Shown here in pieces: positions 1-15,000 of a stretch of DNA of 64,000 nucleotides. Position numbers and translations under genes: made by a program. The stretch comes from Eledone cirrhosa (lineage: Eukaryota), in contig CAXHJY010000275.1 in the NCBI GenBank assembly GCA_964016885.1, positions 263,429 through 327,428 on the forward strand. Direction: 5' to 3'. Position 1 is the stretch's first letter. Every line of letters begins with the position of its first letter. Below the pieces are notes generated by a model, which was not told where the DNA came from, did not search any database, and saw only the letters and a program-made list of their open reading frames with translations.

Positions 1-3000
1 TTGTAGCAGTCACTGTAGCTTTGGTGTAGTACTGGTTAGTTGTAGCAGTCACTGTAGCTTTGGTGTAGTACTGGTTAGTTGTAGCAGTCACTGTAGCTTT
101 GGTGTAGTACTGGTTAGTTGTAGCAGTCACTGTAGCTTTGGTGTAATACTAGTTAGTTGTAGCAGTCACTGTAGCTTTGGTGTAGTACTAGTTCATTGTA
201 GCTTCAGTGAAGTACTGGTTAGTTGTAGCAGTCACTGTAGCTTTGGTGTAATACTAGTTAGTTGTAACAGTCACTGTAGCTTTGGTGTAATACTAGTTAG
301 TTGTAACAGTCACTGTAGCTTTGGTGTAATACTGGTTAGTTGTAACAGTCACTGTAGCTTTGGTGTAATACTAGTTAGTTGTAACAGTCACTGTAGCTTT
401 GGTGTGATACTAGTTAGTTGTAACAGTCACTGTAGCTTTGGTGTAATACTGGTTAGTTGTAGCAGTCACTGTAGCTTTGGTGTAGTACTGGTTAGTTGTA
501 GCAGTCACTGTAGCTTTGGTGTAATACTGGTTAGTTGTAGCAGTCACTGTAGATTTGGTGTAGTACTGGTTAGTTGTAGCAGTTACTGTAGCTTTGGTGT
601 AATACTGGTTAGTTGTAGCAGTACCTGTAGATTTGGTGTAGTACTGATTAGTTGTGACAGTCACTGTAGCTTTGGTGTAGTACTGGTTAGTTGTAGCAGT
701 CACTTTAGCTTTGGTGTAATACTGGTTAGTTGTGGCAGTCACTGTAGCTTCAGTGTAGTACTGGTTAGTTGTAGCAGTCACTGTAGCTTTGGTGTAATAC
801 TGGTTAGTTGTAGCAGTCACTGTAGATTTGGTGTAGTACTGGTTAGTTGTAGCAGTCACTGTAGCTTTGGTGTAGTACTGGTTAGTTGTAGCAGTCACTG
901 TAGCTTTGGTGTAATACTGGTTAGTTGTAGCAGTCACTGTTGATTTGGTGTAGTACTGGTTAGTTGTAGCAGTTACTGTAGCTTTGGTGTAATACTGGTT
1001 AGTTGTAGCAGTCCCTGTAGATTTGGTGTAGTACTGGTTAGTTGTGACAGTCACTGTAGCTTTGGTGTAGTACTGGTTAGTTGTAGCAGTCACTTTAGCT
1101 TTGGTGTAATACTGGTTAGTTGTGGCAGTCACTGTAGCTTCAGTGTAGTACTGGTTAGTTGTAGCAGTCACTGTAGCTTTGGTGTAGTACTGGTTAGTTG
1201 TAGCAGTCACTGTAGATTTGGTGTAGTACTGGTTAGTTGTAGCAGTCACTGTAGCTTTGGTGTAATACTGGTTAGTTGTAGCAGTCACTGTAGCTTTGGT
1301 GTAATACTGGTTAGTTGTAGCAGTCACTGTAGCTTTGGTGTAGTACTGGTTAGTTGTAGCAGTCACTGTAGCTTTGGTGTAGTACTGGTTAGTTGTAGCA
1401 GTCACTGTAGCTTTGGTGTAGTACTGGTTAGTTGTAGCAGTCACTGTAGCTTTGGTGTAATACTGGTTAGTTGTATCAGTCACTGTAGCTTTGGTGTAAT
1501 ACTAGTTAGTTGTAGCAGTCACTGCAGCTTTGGTGTAGTACTGGTTAGTTGTAGCAGTCAGTGTAGTATTGGTTAGTTGTAGCATTCACTGTAGCTTCAG
1601 TGTAATACTGGTTAGTTGTAGCAATCACTGTAGCTTTGGTGTAATACTGGTTAGTTGTGGCAGTCTCTGTAGCTTCAGTGTAGTAGTGGTTAGTTGTAGC
1701 AGTCACTGTAGCTTTGGTGTAATACTGGTTAGTTGTAGCAGTCACTGTAGCTTTGGTGTAATACGAGTTAGTTGTAGCAGTCACTGTAGCTTTGGTGTAG
1801 TACTGGTTAGTTGTAGCAGTCACTGTAGCTTTGTTGTAGTACTGGTTAGTTGTAGCAGTCACTGTAGCTTTGGTGTAGTACTGGTTAGTTGTAGCAGTTA
1901 CTGTAGCTTTGGTGTAATACTGGTTAGTTGTAGCAGTCCCTGTAGATTTGGTGTAGTACTGGTTAGTTGTGACAGTCACTGTAGCTTTGGTGTAGTACTG
2001 GTTAGTTGTAGCAGTCACTTTAGCTTTGGTGTAATACTGGTTAGTTGTGGCAGTCACTGTAGCTTCAGTGTAGTACTGGTTAGTTGAAGCAGTCACTGTA
2101 GCTTTGGTGTAATACTGGTTAGTTGTAGCAGTCACTGTAGATTTGGTGTAGTACTGGTTAGTTGTAGCAGTCACTTTAGCTTTGGTGTAATACTGGTTAG
2201 TTGTGGCAGTCACTGTAGCTTCAGTGTAGTACTGGTTAGTTGTAGCAGTCACTGTAGCTTTGGTGTAATACTGGTTAGTTGTAGCAGTCACTGTAGCTTT
2301 GGTGTAATACTGGGTAGTTGTAGCAGTCACTGTAGCTTTGGTGTAGTACTAGTTAGTTGTAGCAGTCACTGTAGCTTTTGTATAGTACTGGTTAGTTGTA
2401 ACAGTCACTGTAGCTTTGGTGTAATACTGGTTAGTTGTAGCAGTCACTGTAGCTTTGGTGTAATACTGGTTAGTTGTAGCAGTCACTGTAGATTTGGTGT
2501 AATACTGGTTAGTTGTAGCAGTCACTGTAGCTTTGCTGTAGTACTGGTTAGTTGTAGCAGCCACTGCAGATTTGGTGTAATACTGGTTAGTTGTAGCAGT
2601 GACTGTAGCTTTGGTGTAATACTGGTTAGTTGTAGCAGTCACTGTAGCTTCAGTGCAATACTGGTTAGTTGTAGCAGTCTCTGTAGCTTTGGTGTAGTAC
2701 TGGTTAGTTGTGACAGTCACTGTAGCTTTGGTGTAGTACTGGTTAGTTGTAGCAGTCACTGTAGCTTTGGTGTAATACTGGTTAGTTGTAGCACTCACTG
2801 TAGCTTTGGTGTAGTACTAGTTAGTTGTAGCAGTCACTGTAGCTTTGGTGTAGTACTGGTTAGTTGTAGCAGTCACTGTAGCTTTGGTGTAGTACTGGTT
2901 AGTTGTAGCATTCACTGCAACTTTGGTGTAATACTGGTTAGTTGTAGCAGTCACTGTAGCTTTGGTGTAGTACTGGTTAGTTGTAGCAGTCACTGTAGCT

Positions 3001-6000
3001 TTGGTGTAGTACTGGTTAGTTGTAGCAGTCACTGTAGCTTTGGTGTAGTACTGGTTAGTTGTAACAGTCGCTGTAGCTTTGGTGTAGTACTGGGTAGTTG
3101 TATCAGTCACTGTAGCTTTGGTGTAATACTAGTTAGTTGTCACAGTCACTGTAGCTTTGGTGTAATACTAGTTAGTTGTAACAGTCACTGTAGCTTTGGT
3201 GTAATACTGGTTAGTTGTAACAATCACTGTAGCTTTGGTGTAATACTAGTTAGTTGTAACAGTCACTGTAGCTTTGGTGTAATACTAGTTAGTTGTAACA
3301 GTCACTGTAGCTTTGGTGTAATACTGGTTAGTTGTAGCAGTCACTGTAGCTTTGGTGTAGTACTGGTTAGTTGTAGCAGTCACTGTAGCTTTGGTGTAGT
3401 ACTGGTTAGTTGTAGCAGTCACTGTAGCTTTGGTGTAGTACTGGTTAGTTGTAGCAGTCACTGTAGCTTTGGTGTAATACTAGTTAGTTGTAGCAGTCAC
3501 TGTAGCTTTGGTGTAGTACTAGTTCATTGTAGCTTCAGTGAAGTACTGGTTAGTTGTAGCAGTCACTGTAGCTTTGGTGTAATACTAGTTAGTTGTAACA
3601 GTCACTGTAGCTTTGGTGTAATACTAGTTAGTTGTAACAGTCACTGTAGCTTTGGTGTAATACTGGTTAGTTGTAACAGTCACTGTAGCTTTGGTGTAAT
3701 ACTAGTTAGTTGTAACAGTCACTGTAGCTTTGGTGTGATACTAGTTAGTTGTAACAGTCACTGTAGCTTTGGTGTAATACTGGTTAGTTGTAGCAGTCAC
3801 TGTAGCTTTGGTGTAGTACTGGTTAGTTGTAGCAGTCACTGTAGCTTTGGTGTAATACTGGTTAGTTGTAGCAGTCACTGTAGATTTGGTGTAGTACTGG
3901 TTAGTTGTAGCAGTTACTGTAGCTTTGGTGTAATACTGGTTAGTTGTAGCAGTACCTGTAGATTTGGTGTAGTACTGATTAGTTGTGACAGTCACTGTAG
4001 CTTTGGTGTAGTACTGGTTAGTTGTAGCAGTCACTTTAGCTTTGGTGTAATACTGGTTAGTTGTGGCAGTCACTGTAGCTTCAGTGTAGTACTGGTTAGT
4101 TGTAGCAGTCACTGTAGCTTTGGTGTAATACTGGTTAGTTGTAGCAGTCACTGTAGATTTGGTGTAGTACTGGTTAGTTGTAGCAGTCACTGTAGCTTTG
4201 GTGTAATACTGGTTAGTTGTAGCAGTCACTGTAGCTTTGGTGTAATACTGGTTAGTTGTAGCAGTCACTGTAGCTTTGGTGTAGTACTGGTTAGTTGTAG
4301 CAGTCACTGTAGCTTTGGTGTAGTACTGGTTAGTTGTAGCAGTCACTGTAGCTTTGGTGTAGTACTGGTTAGTTGTAGCAGTCACTGTAGCTTTGGTGTA
4401 ATACTGGTTAGTTGTATCAGTCACTGTAGCTTTGGTGTAATACTAGTTAGTTGTAGCAGTCACTGCAGCTTTGGTGTAGTACTGGTTAGTTGTAGCAGTC
4501 ACTGTAGCTTTGGTGTAATACTGGTTAGTTGTAGCAGTCACTGTTTTTTTGGTGTAGTACTGGTTAGTTGTAGCAGTCACTGTTTTTTTGGTGTAGTACT
4601 GGTTAGTTGTAGCAGTCAGTGTAGTATTGGTTAGTTGTAGCATTCACTGTAGCTTTGGTGTAATACTGGTTAGTTGTAGCAATCACTGTAGCTTTGGTGT
4701 AATACTGGTTAGTTGTGGCAGTCTCTGTAGCTTCAGTGTAGTAGTGGTTAGTTGTAGCAGTCACTGTAGCTTTGGTGTAATACTGGTTAGTTGTAGCAGT
4801 CACTGTAGCTTTGGTGTAATACGAGTTAGTTGTAGCAGTCACTGTAGCTTTGGTGTAGTACTGGTTAGTTGTAGCAGTCACTGTAGCTTTGGTGTAGTAC
4901 TGGTTAGTTGTAGCAGTCACTGTAGCTTTGGTGTAGTACTGGTTAGTTGTAGCAGTCACTGTAGCTTTGGTGTAGTACTGGTTAGTTGTAGCAGTCACTG
5001 TAGCTTTGGTGTAGTACTGGTTAGTTGTAGAAGTTACTGTAGCTTTGGTGTAATACTGGTTAGTTGTAGCAGTCCCTGTAGATTTGGTGTAGTACTGGTT
5101 AGTTGTGACAGTCACTGTAGCTTTGGTGTAGTACTGGTTAGTTGTAGCAGTCACTTTAGCTTTGGTGTAATACTGGTTAGTTGTGGCAGTCACTGTAGCT
5201 TCAGTGTAGTACTGGTTAGTTGTAGCAGTCACTGTAGCTTTGGTGTAGTACTGGTTAGTTGTAGCAGTCACTGTAGCTTTGGTGTAGTACTGGTTAGTTG
5301 TAGCAGTCACTGTAGCTTTGGTGTAGTACTGGTTAGTTGTAGCAGTCACTGTAGCTTTGGTGTAATACTAGTTAGTTGTAGCAGTCACTGTAGCTTTGGT
5401 GTAGTACTAGTTCATTGTAGCTTCAGTGAAGTACTGGTTAGTTGTAGCAGTCACTGTAGCTTTGGTGTAATACTAGTTAGTTGTAACAGTCACTGTAGCT
5501 TTGGTGTAATACTAGTTAGTTGTAACAGTCACTGTAGCTTTGGTGTAATACTGGTTAGTTGTAACAGTCACTGTAGCTTTGGTGTAATACTAGTTAGTTG
5601 TAACAGTCACTGTAGCTTTGGTGTGATACTAGTTAGTTGTAACAGTCACTGTAGCTTTGGTGTAATACTGGTTAGTTGTAGCAGTCACTGTAGCTTTGGT
5701 GTAGTACTGGTTAGTTGTAGCAGTCACTGTAGCTTTGGTGTAATACTGGTTAGTTGTAGCAGTCACTGTAGATTTGGTGTAGTACTGGTTAGTTGTAGCA
5801 GTTACTGTAGCTTTGGTGTAATACTGGTTAGTTGTAGCAGTACCTGTAGATTTGGTGTAGTACTGATTAGTTGTGACAGTCACTGTAGCTTTGGTGTAGT
5901 ACTGGTTAGTTGTAGCAGTCACTTTAGCTTTGGTGTAATACTGGTTAGTTGTGGCAGTCACTGTAGCTTCAGTGTAGTACTGGTTAGTTGTAGCAGTCAC

Positions 6001-9000
6001 TGTAGCTTTGGTGTAATACTGGTTAGTTGTAGCAGTCACTGTAGATTTGGTGTAGTACTGGTTAGTTGTAGCAGTCACTGTAGCTTTGGTGTAATACTGG
6101 TTAGTTGTAGCAGTCACTGTAGCTTTGGTGTAATACTGGTTAGTTGTAGCAGTCACTGTAGCTTTGGTGTAGTACTGGTTAGTTGTAGCAGTCACTGTAG
6201 CTTTGGTGTAGTACTGGTTAGTTGTAGCAGTCACTGTAGCTTTGGTGTAGTACTGGTTAGTTGTAGCAGTCACTGTAGCTTTGGTGTAATACTGGTTAGT
6301 TGTATCAGTCACTGTAGCTTTGGTGTAATACTAGTTAGTTGTAGCAGTCACTGCAGCTTTGGTGTAGTACTGGTTAGTTGTAGCAGTCACTGTAGCTTTG
6401 GTGTAATACTGGTTAGTTGTAGCAGTCACTGTTTTTTTGGTGTAGTACTGGTTAGTTGTAGCAGTCAGTGTAGTATTGGTTAGTTGTAGCATTCACTGTA
6501 GCTTTGGTGTAATACTGGTTAGTTGTAGCAATCACTGTAGCTTTGGTGTAATACTGGTTAGTTGTGGCAGTCTCTGTAGCTTCAGTGTAGTAGTGGTTAG
6601 TTGTAGCAGTCACTGTAGCTTTGGTGTAATACTGGTTAGTTGTAGCAGTCACTGTAGCTTTGGTGTAATACGAGTTAGTTGTAGCAGTCACTGTAGCTTT
6701 GGTGTAGTACTGGTTAGTTGTAGCAGTCACTGTAGCTTTGGTGTAGTACTGGTTAGTTGTAGCAGTCACTGTAGCTTTGGTGTAGTACTGGTTAGTTGTA
6801 GAAGTGACTGTAGCTTTGGTGTAATACTGGTTAGTTGTAGCAGTCCCTGTAGATTTGGTGTAGTACTGGTTAGTTGTGACAGTCACTGTAGCTTTGGTGT
6901 AGTACTGGTTAGTTGTAGCAGTCACTTTAGCTTTGGTGTAATACTGGTTAGTTGTGGCAGTCACTGTAGCTTCAGTGTAGTACTGGTTAGTTGTAGCAGT
7001 CACTGTAGCTTTGGTGTAATACTGGTTAGTTGTAGCAGTCACTGTAGATTTGGTGTAGTACTGGTTAGTTGTAGCAGTCACTTTAGCTTTGGTGTAATAC
7101 TGGTTAGTTGTGGCAGTCACTGTAGCTTCAGTGTAGTACTGGTTAGTTGTAGCAGTCACTGTAGCTTTGGTGTAATACTGGTTAGTTGTAGCAGTCACTG
7201 TAGCTTTGGTGTAATACTGGGTAGTTGTAGCAGTCACTGTAGCTTTGGTGTAGTACTAGTTAGTTGTAGCAGTCACTGTAGCTTTTGTATAGTACTGGTT
7301 AGTTGTAACAGTCACTGTAGCTTTGGTGTTATACTGGTTAGTTGTAGCAGTCACTGTAGCTTTGGTGTAATACTGGTTAGTTGTAGCAGTCACTGTAGCT
7401 TTGGTGTAATACTGGTTAGTTGTAGCAGTCACTGTAGATTTGGTGTAATACTGGTTAGTTGTAGCAGTCACTGTAGCTTTGCTGTAGTACTGGTTAGTTG
7501 TAGCAGCCACTGCAGATTTGGTGTAATACTGGTTAGTTGTAGCAGTGACTGTAGCTTTGGTGTAATACTGGTTAGTTGTAGCAGTCACTGTAGCTTCAGT
7601 GCAATACTGGTTAGTTGTAGCAGTCTCTGTAGCTTTGGTGTAGTACTGGTTAGTTGTGACAGTCACTGTAGCTTTGGTGTAGTACTGGTTAGTTGTAGCA
7701 GTCACTGTAGCTTTGGTGTAATACTGGTTAGTTGTAGCACTCACTGTAGCTTTGGTGTAGTACTAGTTAGTTGTAGCAGTCACTGTAGCTTTGGTGTAGT
7801 ACTGGTTAGTTGTAGCAGTCACTGTAGCTTTGGTGTAGTACTGGTTAGTTGTAGCATTCACTGCAACTTTGGTGTAATACTGGTTAGTTGTAGCAGTCAC
7901 TGTAGCTTTGGTGTAGTACTGGTTAGTTGTAGCAGTCACTGTAGCTTTGGTGTAGTACTGGTTAGTTGTAGCAGTCACTGTAGCTTTGGTGTAGTACTGG
8001 TTAGTTGTAACAGTCACTGTAGCTTTGGTGTAATACTGGTTAGTTGTAGCAGTCACTGCAACTTTGGTGTAATACTGGTTAGTTGTAGCAGTCACTGTAG
8101 CTTTGGTGTAGTACTGGTTAGTTGTAGCAGTCACTGTAGCTTTGGTGTAGTACTGGTTAGTTGTAGCAGTCACTGTAGCTTTGGTGTAGTACTGGTTAGT
8201 TGTAGAAGTTACTGTAGCTTTGGTGTAATACTGGTTAGTTGTAGCAGTCCCTGTAGATTTGGGGTAGTACTGGTTAGTTGTGACAGTCACTGTAGCTTTG
8301 GTGTAGTACTGGTTAGTTGTAGCAGTCACTTTAGCTTTGGTGTAATACTGGTTAGTTGTGGCAGTCACTGTAGCTTCAGTGTAGTACTGGTTAGTTGTAG
8401 CAGTCACTGTAGCTTTGGTGTAATACTGGTTAGTTGTAGCAGTCACTGTAGATTTGGTGTAGTACTGGTTAGTTGTAGCAGTCACTTTAGCTTTGGTGTA
8501 ATACTGGTTAGTTGTGGCAGTCACTGTAGCTTCAGTGTACTACTGGTTAGTTGTAGCAGTCACTGTAGCTTTGGTGTAATACTGGTTAGTTGTAGCAGTC
8601 ACTGTAGCTTTGGTGTAATACTGGGTAGTTGTAGCAGTCACTGTAGCTTTGGTGTAGTACTAGTTAGTTGTAGCAGTCACTGTAGCTTTTGTATAGTACT
8701 GGTTAGTTGTAACAGTCACTGTAGCATTGGTGTTATACTGGTTAGTTGTAGCAGTCACTGTAGCTTTGGTGTAATACTGGTTAGTTGTAGCAGTCACTGT
8801 AGCTTTGCTGTAGTACTGGTTAGTTGTAGCAGCCACTGCAGATTTGGTGTAATACTGGTTAGTTGTAGCAGTGACTGTAGCTTTGGTGTAATACTGGTTA
8901 GTTGTAGCAGTCACTGTAGCTTCAGTGCAATACTGGTTAGTTGTAGCAGTCTCTGTAGCTTTGGTGTAGTACTGGTTAGTTGTGACAGTCACTGTAGCTT

Positions 9001-12000
9001 TGGTGTAGTACTGGTTAGTTGTAGCAGTCACTGTAGCTTTGGTGTAATACTGGTTAGTTGTAGCACTCACTGTAGCTTTGGTGTAGTACTAGTTAGTTGT
9101 AGCAGTCACTGTAGCTTTGGTGTAGTACTGGTTAGTTGTAGCAGTCACTGTAGCTTTGGTGTAGTACTGGTTAGTTGTAGCATTCACTGCAACTTTGGTG
9201 TAATACTGGTTAGTTGTAGCAGTCACTGTAGCTTTGGTGTAGTACTGGTTAGTTGTAGCAGTCACTGTAGCTTTGGTGTAGTACTGGTTAGTTGTAGCAG
9301 TCACTGTAGCTTTGGTGTAGTACTGGTTAGTTGTAACAGTCACTGTAGCTTTGGTGTAATACTGGTTAGTTGTAGCAGTCACTGTAGCTTTGGTGTAATA
9401 TTGGTTAGTTGTAGCAGTCACTGTAGCTTTGGTGTAATATTGGTTAGTTGTAGCAGTCACTGTAGCTTTGGTGTAATACTGGTTAGTTGTAGCAGTCATT
9501 GTAGCTTTGGTGTAATACTGGTTAGTTGTAGCAGTCACTGTAGCTTCAGTGTAGTACTGGTTAGTTGTAGCAGTCACTGTAGCTTTGTTGTAGTACTAGT
9601 TCGTTGTAGCAGTCATTGTAGCTTCAGTGTAGTACTGGTTAGTTGTAGCAGTCACTGTAGCTTTGGTGTAGTACTGGTTAGTTGTAGCAGTCACAGTAGC
9701 TTTGGTGTAGTACTGATTAGTTGTAGCAGTCACTGTAGCTTTGGTGTAGTACTGGTTAGTTGTAGCAGTCACTGTAGCTTTGGTGTAGTACTGGTTAGTT
9801 GTAGCAATCACTGTAGCTTCAATGTAGTACTGGTTAGTTGTAGCAGTCACTGTAGCTTTGGTGTAGTACAGGTTAGTTGTAGCAGTCACTGTAGCTTTGG
9901 TGTAATATTGGTTAGTTGTAGCAGTAACTGTAGCTTTGGTGTAATACTGGTTAGTTGTAGCAGTCACTGTAGTTTTGGTGTAGTACTGGTTAGTTGTAGC
10001 AGTCACTGTAGCATTGGTGTAATACTGGTTAGTTGTAGCAGTCACTGTAGTTTTGGTGTAGTACTGGTTAGTTGTAGCAGTCACTGTAGCTTCAGTGTAA
10101 TACTGGTTAGTTGTAGCAGTCAGTGTAGCTTTGGTGTAATACTGGTTAGTTGTAGCAGTCACTGTAGCTTCAGTGTAGTACTGGTTAGTTGTAGCAGTCA
10201 CTGTAGCTCTGGTGTAGTACTGGTTAGTTGTAGCAGTCACTGTAGCTTTGGTGTAATATTGGTTAGTTGTAGCAGTCACTGTAGCTTTGGTGTAGTACTG
10301 GTTAGTTGTAGCAATCACTGTAGCTTCAGTGTAGTACTGGTTAGTTGTAGCAGTCACTGTAGCTTTGGTGTAGTACTGGTTAGTTGTAGCAATCACTGTA
10401 GCTTCAGTCTAGTACTGGTTAGTTGTAGCAGTCAATGTAGCTTTGGTGTAGTACTGGTTAGTTGTAGCAATCACTGTAGCTTTGGTGTAGTACTAGTTCG
10501 TTGTAGCAGTCATTGTAGCTTCAGTGTAGTACTGGTTAGTTGTAATAGTCACTGTAGCTTCAGTGTAATACTGGTTAGTTGTAGCAGTCACTGTAGCTTC
10601 AGTGTAATAATGGTTAGTTGTAGCAGTCACTGTAGCTTTGGTGTAATACTGGTTAGTTGTAGCAGTCACTGTAGCTTTGGTGTAATACTGGTTAGTTGTA
10701 GCAGTCACTGTAGCTTTGGTGTAGTACTGGTTAGTTGTAGCAGTCACTGTAGTTTTGGTGTAATACTGGTTAGTTGTAGCAGTCACTCTAGCTTTGGTGT
10801 AATACTGGTTAGTTGTAGCAGTCACTGTAGCTTCAGTGTAGTACTCGTTAGTTGTAGCAGTCACTGTAGCTTTGGTGTAATACTGGTTAGTTGTAGCAGT
10901 CACTGTAGCTTCAGTGTAGTACTGGTTAGTTGTAGCAGTCACTGTAGCTTTGGTGTAGTACTGGTTAGTTGTAGCAGTCACTGTAGCTTTGGTGTAATAT
11001 TGGTTAGTTGTAACAGTCACTGTAGCTTTGGTGTAATACTGGTTAGTTGTAGCAGTGACTGTAGCTTTGGTGTAATACTGGTTAGTTGTAGCAGTCACTG
11101 TAGCTTTGGTGTAGTACTAGTTCGTTGTAGCTGTCATTGTAGCTTCAGTGTAGTACTGGTTAGTTGTAGCAGTCACTGTAGTTTTGGTGTAGTACTGGTT
11201 AGTTGTAGCAGTCACTGTAGCTTCAGTGTAGTACTGGTTAGTTGTAGCAGTCACTGTAGCTCTGGTGTAGTACTGGTTAGTTGTAGCAGTCACTGTAGCT
11301 TTGGTGTAGTACTGGTTAGTTGTAGCAATCACTGTAGCTTCAGTGTAGTACTGGTTAGTTGTAGCAGTCACTGTAGCGTTGGTGTAATACTGGTTAGTTG
11401 TAGCAGTCACTGTAGCTTTGGTGTAGTACTGGTTAGTTGTAGCAATCCCTGTAGCTTCAGTCTAGTACTGGTTAGTTGTAGCAGTCACTGTAGCTTTGGT
11501 GTAATACTGGTTAGTTGTAGCAGTCACTGTTTTTTTGGTGTAGTACTGGTTAGTTGTAGCAGTCACTGTTTTTTTGGTGTAGTACTGGTTAGTTGTAGCA
11601 GTCAGTGTAGTATTGGTTAGTTGTAGCATTCACTGTAGCTTCAGTGTAATACTGGTTAGTTGTAGCAATCACTGTAGCTTTGGTGTAATACTGGTTAGTT
11701 GTGGCAGTCTCTGTAGCTTCAGTGTAGTAGTGGTTAGTTGTAGCAGTCACTGTAGCTTTGGTGTAATACTGGTTAGTTGTAGCAGTCACTGTAGCTTTGG
11801 TGTAATACGAGTTAGTTGTAGCAGTCACTGTAGCTTTGGTGTAGTACTGGTTAGTTGTAGCAGTCACTGTAGCTTTGGTGTAGTACTGGTTAGTTGTAGC
11901 AGTCACTGTAGCTTTGGTGTAGTACTGGTTAGTTGTAGAAGTTACTGTAGCTTTGGTGTAATACTGGTTAGTTGTAGCAGTCCCTGTAGATTTGGGGTAG

Positions 12001-15000
12001 TACTGGTTAGTTGTGACAGTCACTGTAGCTTTGGTGTAGTACTGGTTAGTTGTAGCAGTCACTTTAGCTTTGGTGTAATACTGGTTAGTTGTGGCAGTCA
12101 CTGTAGCTTCAGTGTAGTACTGGTTAGTTGTAGCAGTCACTGTAGCTTTGGTGTAATACTGGTTAGTTGTAGCAGTCACTGTAGATTTGGTGTAGTACTG
12201 GTTAGTTGTAGCAGTCACTTTAGCTTTGGTGTAATACTGGTTAGTTGTGGCAGTCACTGTAGCTTCAGTGTAGTACTGGTTAGTTGTAGCAGTCACTGTA
12301 GCTTTGGTGTAATACTGGTTAGTTGTAGCAGTCACTGTAGCTTTGGTGTAATTCTGGGTAGTTGTAGCAGTCACTGTAGCTTTGGTGTAGTACTAGTTAG
12401 TTGTAGCAGTCACTGTAGCTTTTGTATAGTGCTGGTTAGTTGTAACAGTCACTGTAGCTTTGGTGTTATACTGGTTAGTTGTAGCAGTCACTGTAGCTTT
12501 GGTGTAATACTGGTTAGTTGTAGCAGTCACTGTAGCTTTGGTGTAATACTGGTTAGTTGTTGCAGTCACTGTAGATTTGGTGTAATACTGGTTAGTTGTA
12601 GCAGTCACTGTAGCTTTGCTGTAGTACTGGTTAGTTGTAGCAGCCACTGCAGATTTGGTGTAATACTGGTTAGTTGTAGCAGTGACTGTAGCTTTGGTGT
12701 AATACTGGTTAGTTGTAGCAGTCACTGTAGCTTCAGTGCAATACTGGTTAGTTGTAGCAGTCTCTGTAGCTTTGGTGTAGTACTGGTTAGTTGTGACAGT
12801 CACTGTAGCTTTGGTGTAGTACTGGTTAGTTGTAGCAGTCACTGTAGCTTTGGTGTAATACTGGTTAGTTGTAGCACTCACTGTAGCTTTGGTGTAGTAC
12901 TAGTTAGTTGTAGCAGTCACTGTAGCTTTGGTGTAGTACTGGTTAGTTGTAGCAGTCACTGTAGCTTTGGTGTAGTACTGGTTAGTTGTAGCATTCACTG
13001 CAACTTTGGTGTAATACTGGTTAGTTGTAGCAGTCACTGTAGCTTTGGTGTAGTACTGGTTAGTTGTAGCAGTCACTGTAGCTTTGGTGTAGTACTGGTT
13101 AGTTGTAGCAGTCACTGTAGCTTTGGTGTAGTACTGGTTAGTTGTAACAGTCACTGTAGCTTTGGTGTAATACTGGTTAGTTGTAGCAGTCACTGTAGCT
13201 TTGGTGTAATATTGGTTAGTTGTAGCAGTCACTGTAGCTTTGGTGTAATATTGGTTAGTTGTAGCAGTCACTGTAGCTTTGGTGTAATACTGGTTAGTTG
13301 TAGCAGTCATTGTAGCTTTGGTGTAATACTGGTTAGTTGTAGCAGTCACTGTAGCTTCAGTGTAGTACTGGTTAGTTGTAGCAGTCACTGTAGCTTTGTT
13401 GTAGTACTAGTTCGTTGTAGCAGTCATTGTAGCTTCAGTGTAGTACTGGTTAGTTGTAGCAGTCACTGTAGCTTTGGTGTAGTACTGGTTAGTTGTAGCA
13501 GTCACAGTAGCTTTGGTGTAGTACTGATTAGTTGTAGCAGTCACTGTAGCTTTGGTGTAGTACTGGTTAGTTGTAGCAGTCACTGTAGCTTTGGTGTAGT
13601 ACTGGTTAGTTGTAGCAAACACTGTAGCTTCAGTGTAGTACTGGTTAGTTGTAGCAGTCACTGTAGCTTTGGTGTAGTACAGGTTAGTTGTAGCAGTCAC
13701 TGTAGCTTTGGTGTAATATTGGTTAGTTGTAGCAGTAACTGTAGCTTTGGTGTAATACTGGTTAGTTGTAGCAGTCACTGTAGCATTGGTGTAATACTGG
13801 TTAGTTGTAGCAGTCACTGTAGTTTTGGTGTAGTACTGGTTAGTTGTAGCAGTCACTGTAGCTTCAGTGTAATACTGGTTAGTTGTAGCAGTCAGTGTAG
13901 CTTTGGTGTAATACTGGTTAGTTGTAGCAGTCACTGTAGCTTCAGTGTAGTACTGGTTAGTTGTAGCAGTCACTGTAGCTCTGGTGTAGTACTGGTTAGT
14001 TGTAGCAGTCACTGTAGCTTTGGTGTAATATTGGTTAGTTGTAGCAGTCACTGTAGCTTTGGTGTAGTACTGTTTAGTTGTAGCAATCACTGTAGCTTCA
14101 GTGTAGTACTGGTTAGTTGTAGCAGTCACTGTAGCGTTGGTGTAATACTGGTTAGTTGTAGCAGTCACTGTAGCTTTGGTGTAGTACTGGTTAGTTGTAG
14201 CAATCACTGTAGCTTCAGTCTAGTACTGGTTAGTTGTAGCAGTCAATGTAGCTTTGGTGTAGTACTGGTTAGTTGTAGCAATCACTGTAGCTTTGGTCTA
14301 GTACTAGTTCGTTGTAGCAGTCATTGTAGCTTCAGTGTAGTACTGGTTAGTTGTAATAGTCACTGTAGCTTCAGTGTAATACTGGTTAGTTGTAGCAGTC
14401 ACTGTAGCTTCAGTGTAATAATGGTTAGTTGTAGCAGTCACTGTAGCTTTGGTGTAATACTGGTTAGTGGTAGCAGTCACTGTAGCTTTGGTGTAATACT
14501 GGTTAGTTGTAGCAGTCACTGTAGCTTTGGTGTAGTACTGGTTAGTTGTAGCAGTCACTGTAGTTTTGGTGTAATACTGGTTAGTTGTAGCAGTCACTCT
14601 AGCTTTGGTGTAATACTGGTTAGTTGTAGCAGTCACTGTAGCTTCAGTGTAGTACTCGTTAGTTGTAGCAGTCACTGTAGCTTTGGTGTAATACTGGTTA
14701 GTTGTAGCAGTCACTGTAGCTTCAGTGTAGTACTGGTTAGTTGTAGCAGTCACTGTAGCTTTGGTGTAGTACTGGTTAGTTGTAGCAGTCACTGTAGCTT
14801 TGGTGTAATATTGGTTAGTTGTAACAGTCACTGTAGCTTTGGTGTAATACTGGTTAGTTGTAGCAGTGACTGTAGCTTTGGTGTAATACTGGTTAGTTGT
14901 AGCAGTCACTGTAGCTTTGGTGTAGTACTAGTTCGTTGTAGCTGTCATTGTAGCTTCAGTGTAGTACTGGTTAGTTGTAGCAGTCACTGTAGCTTTGGTG

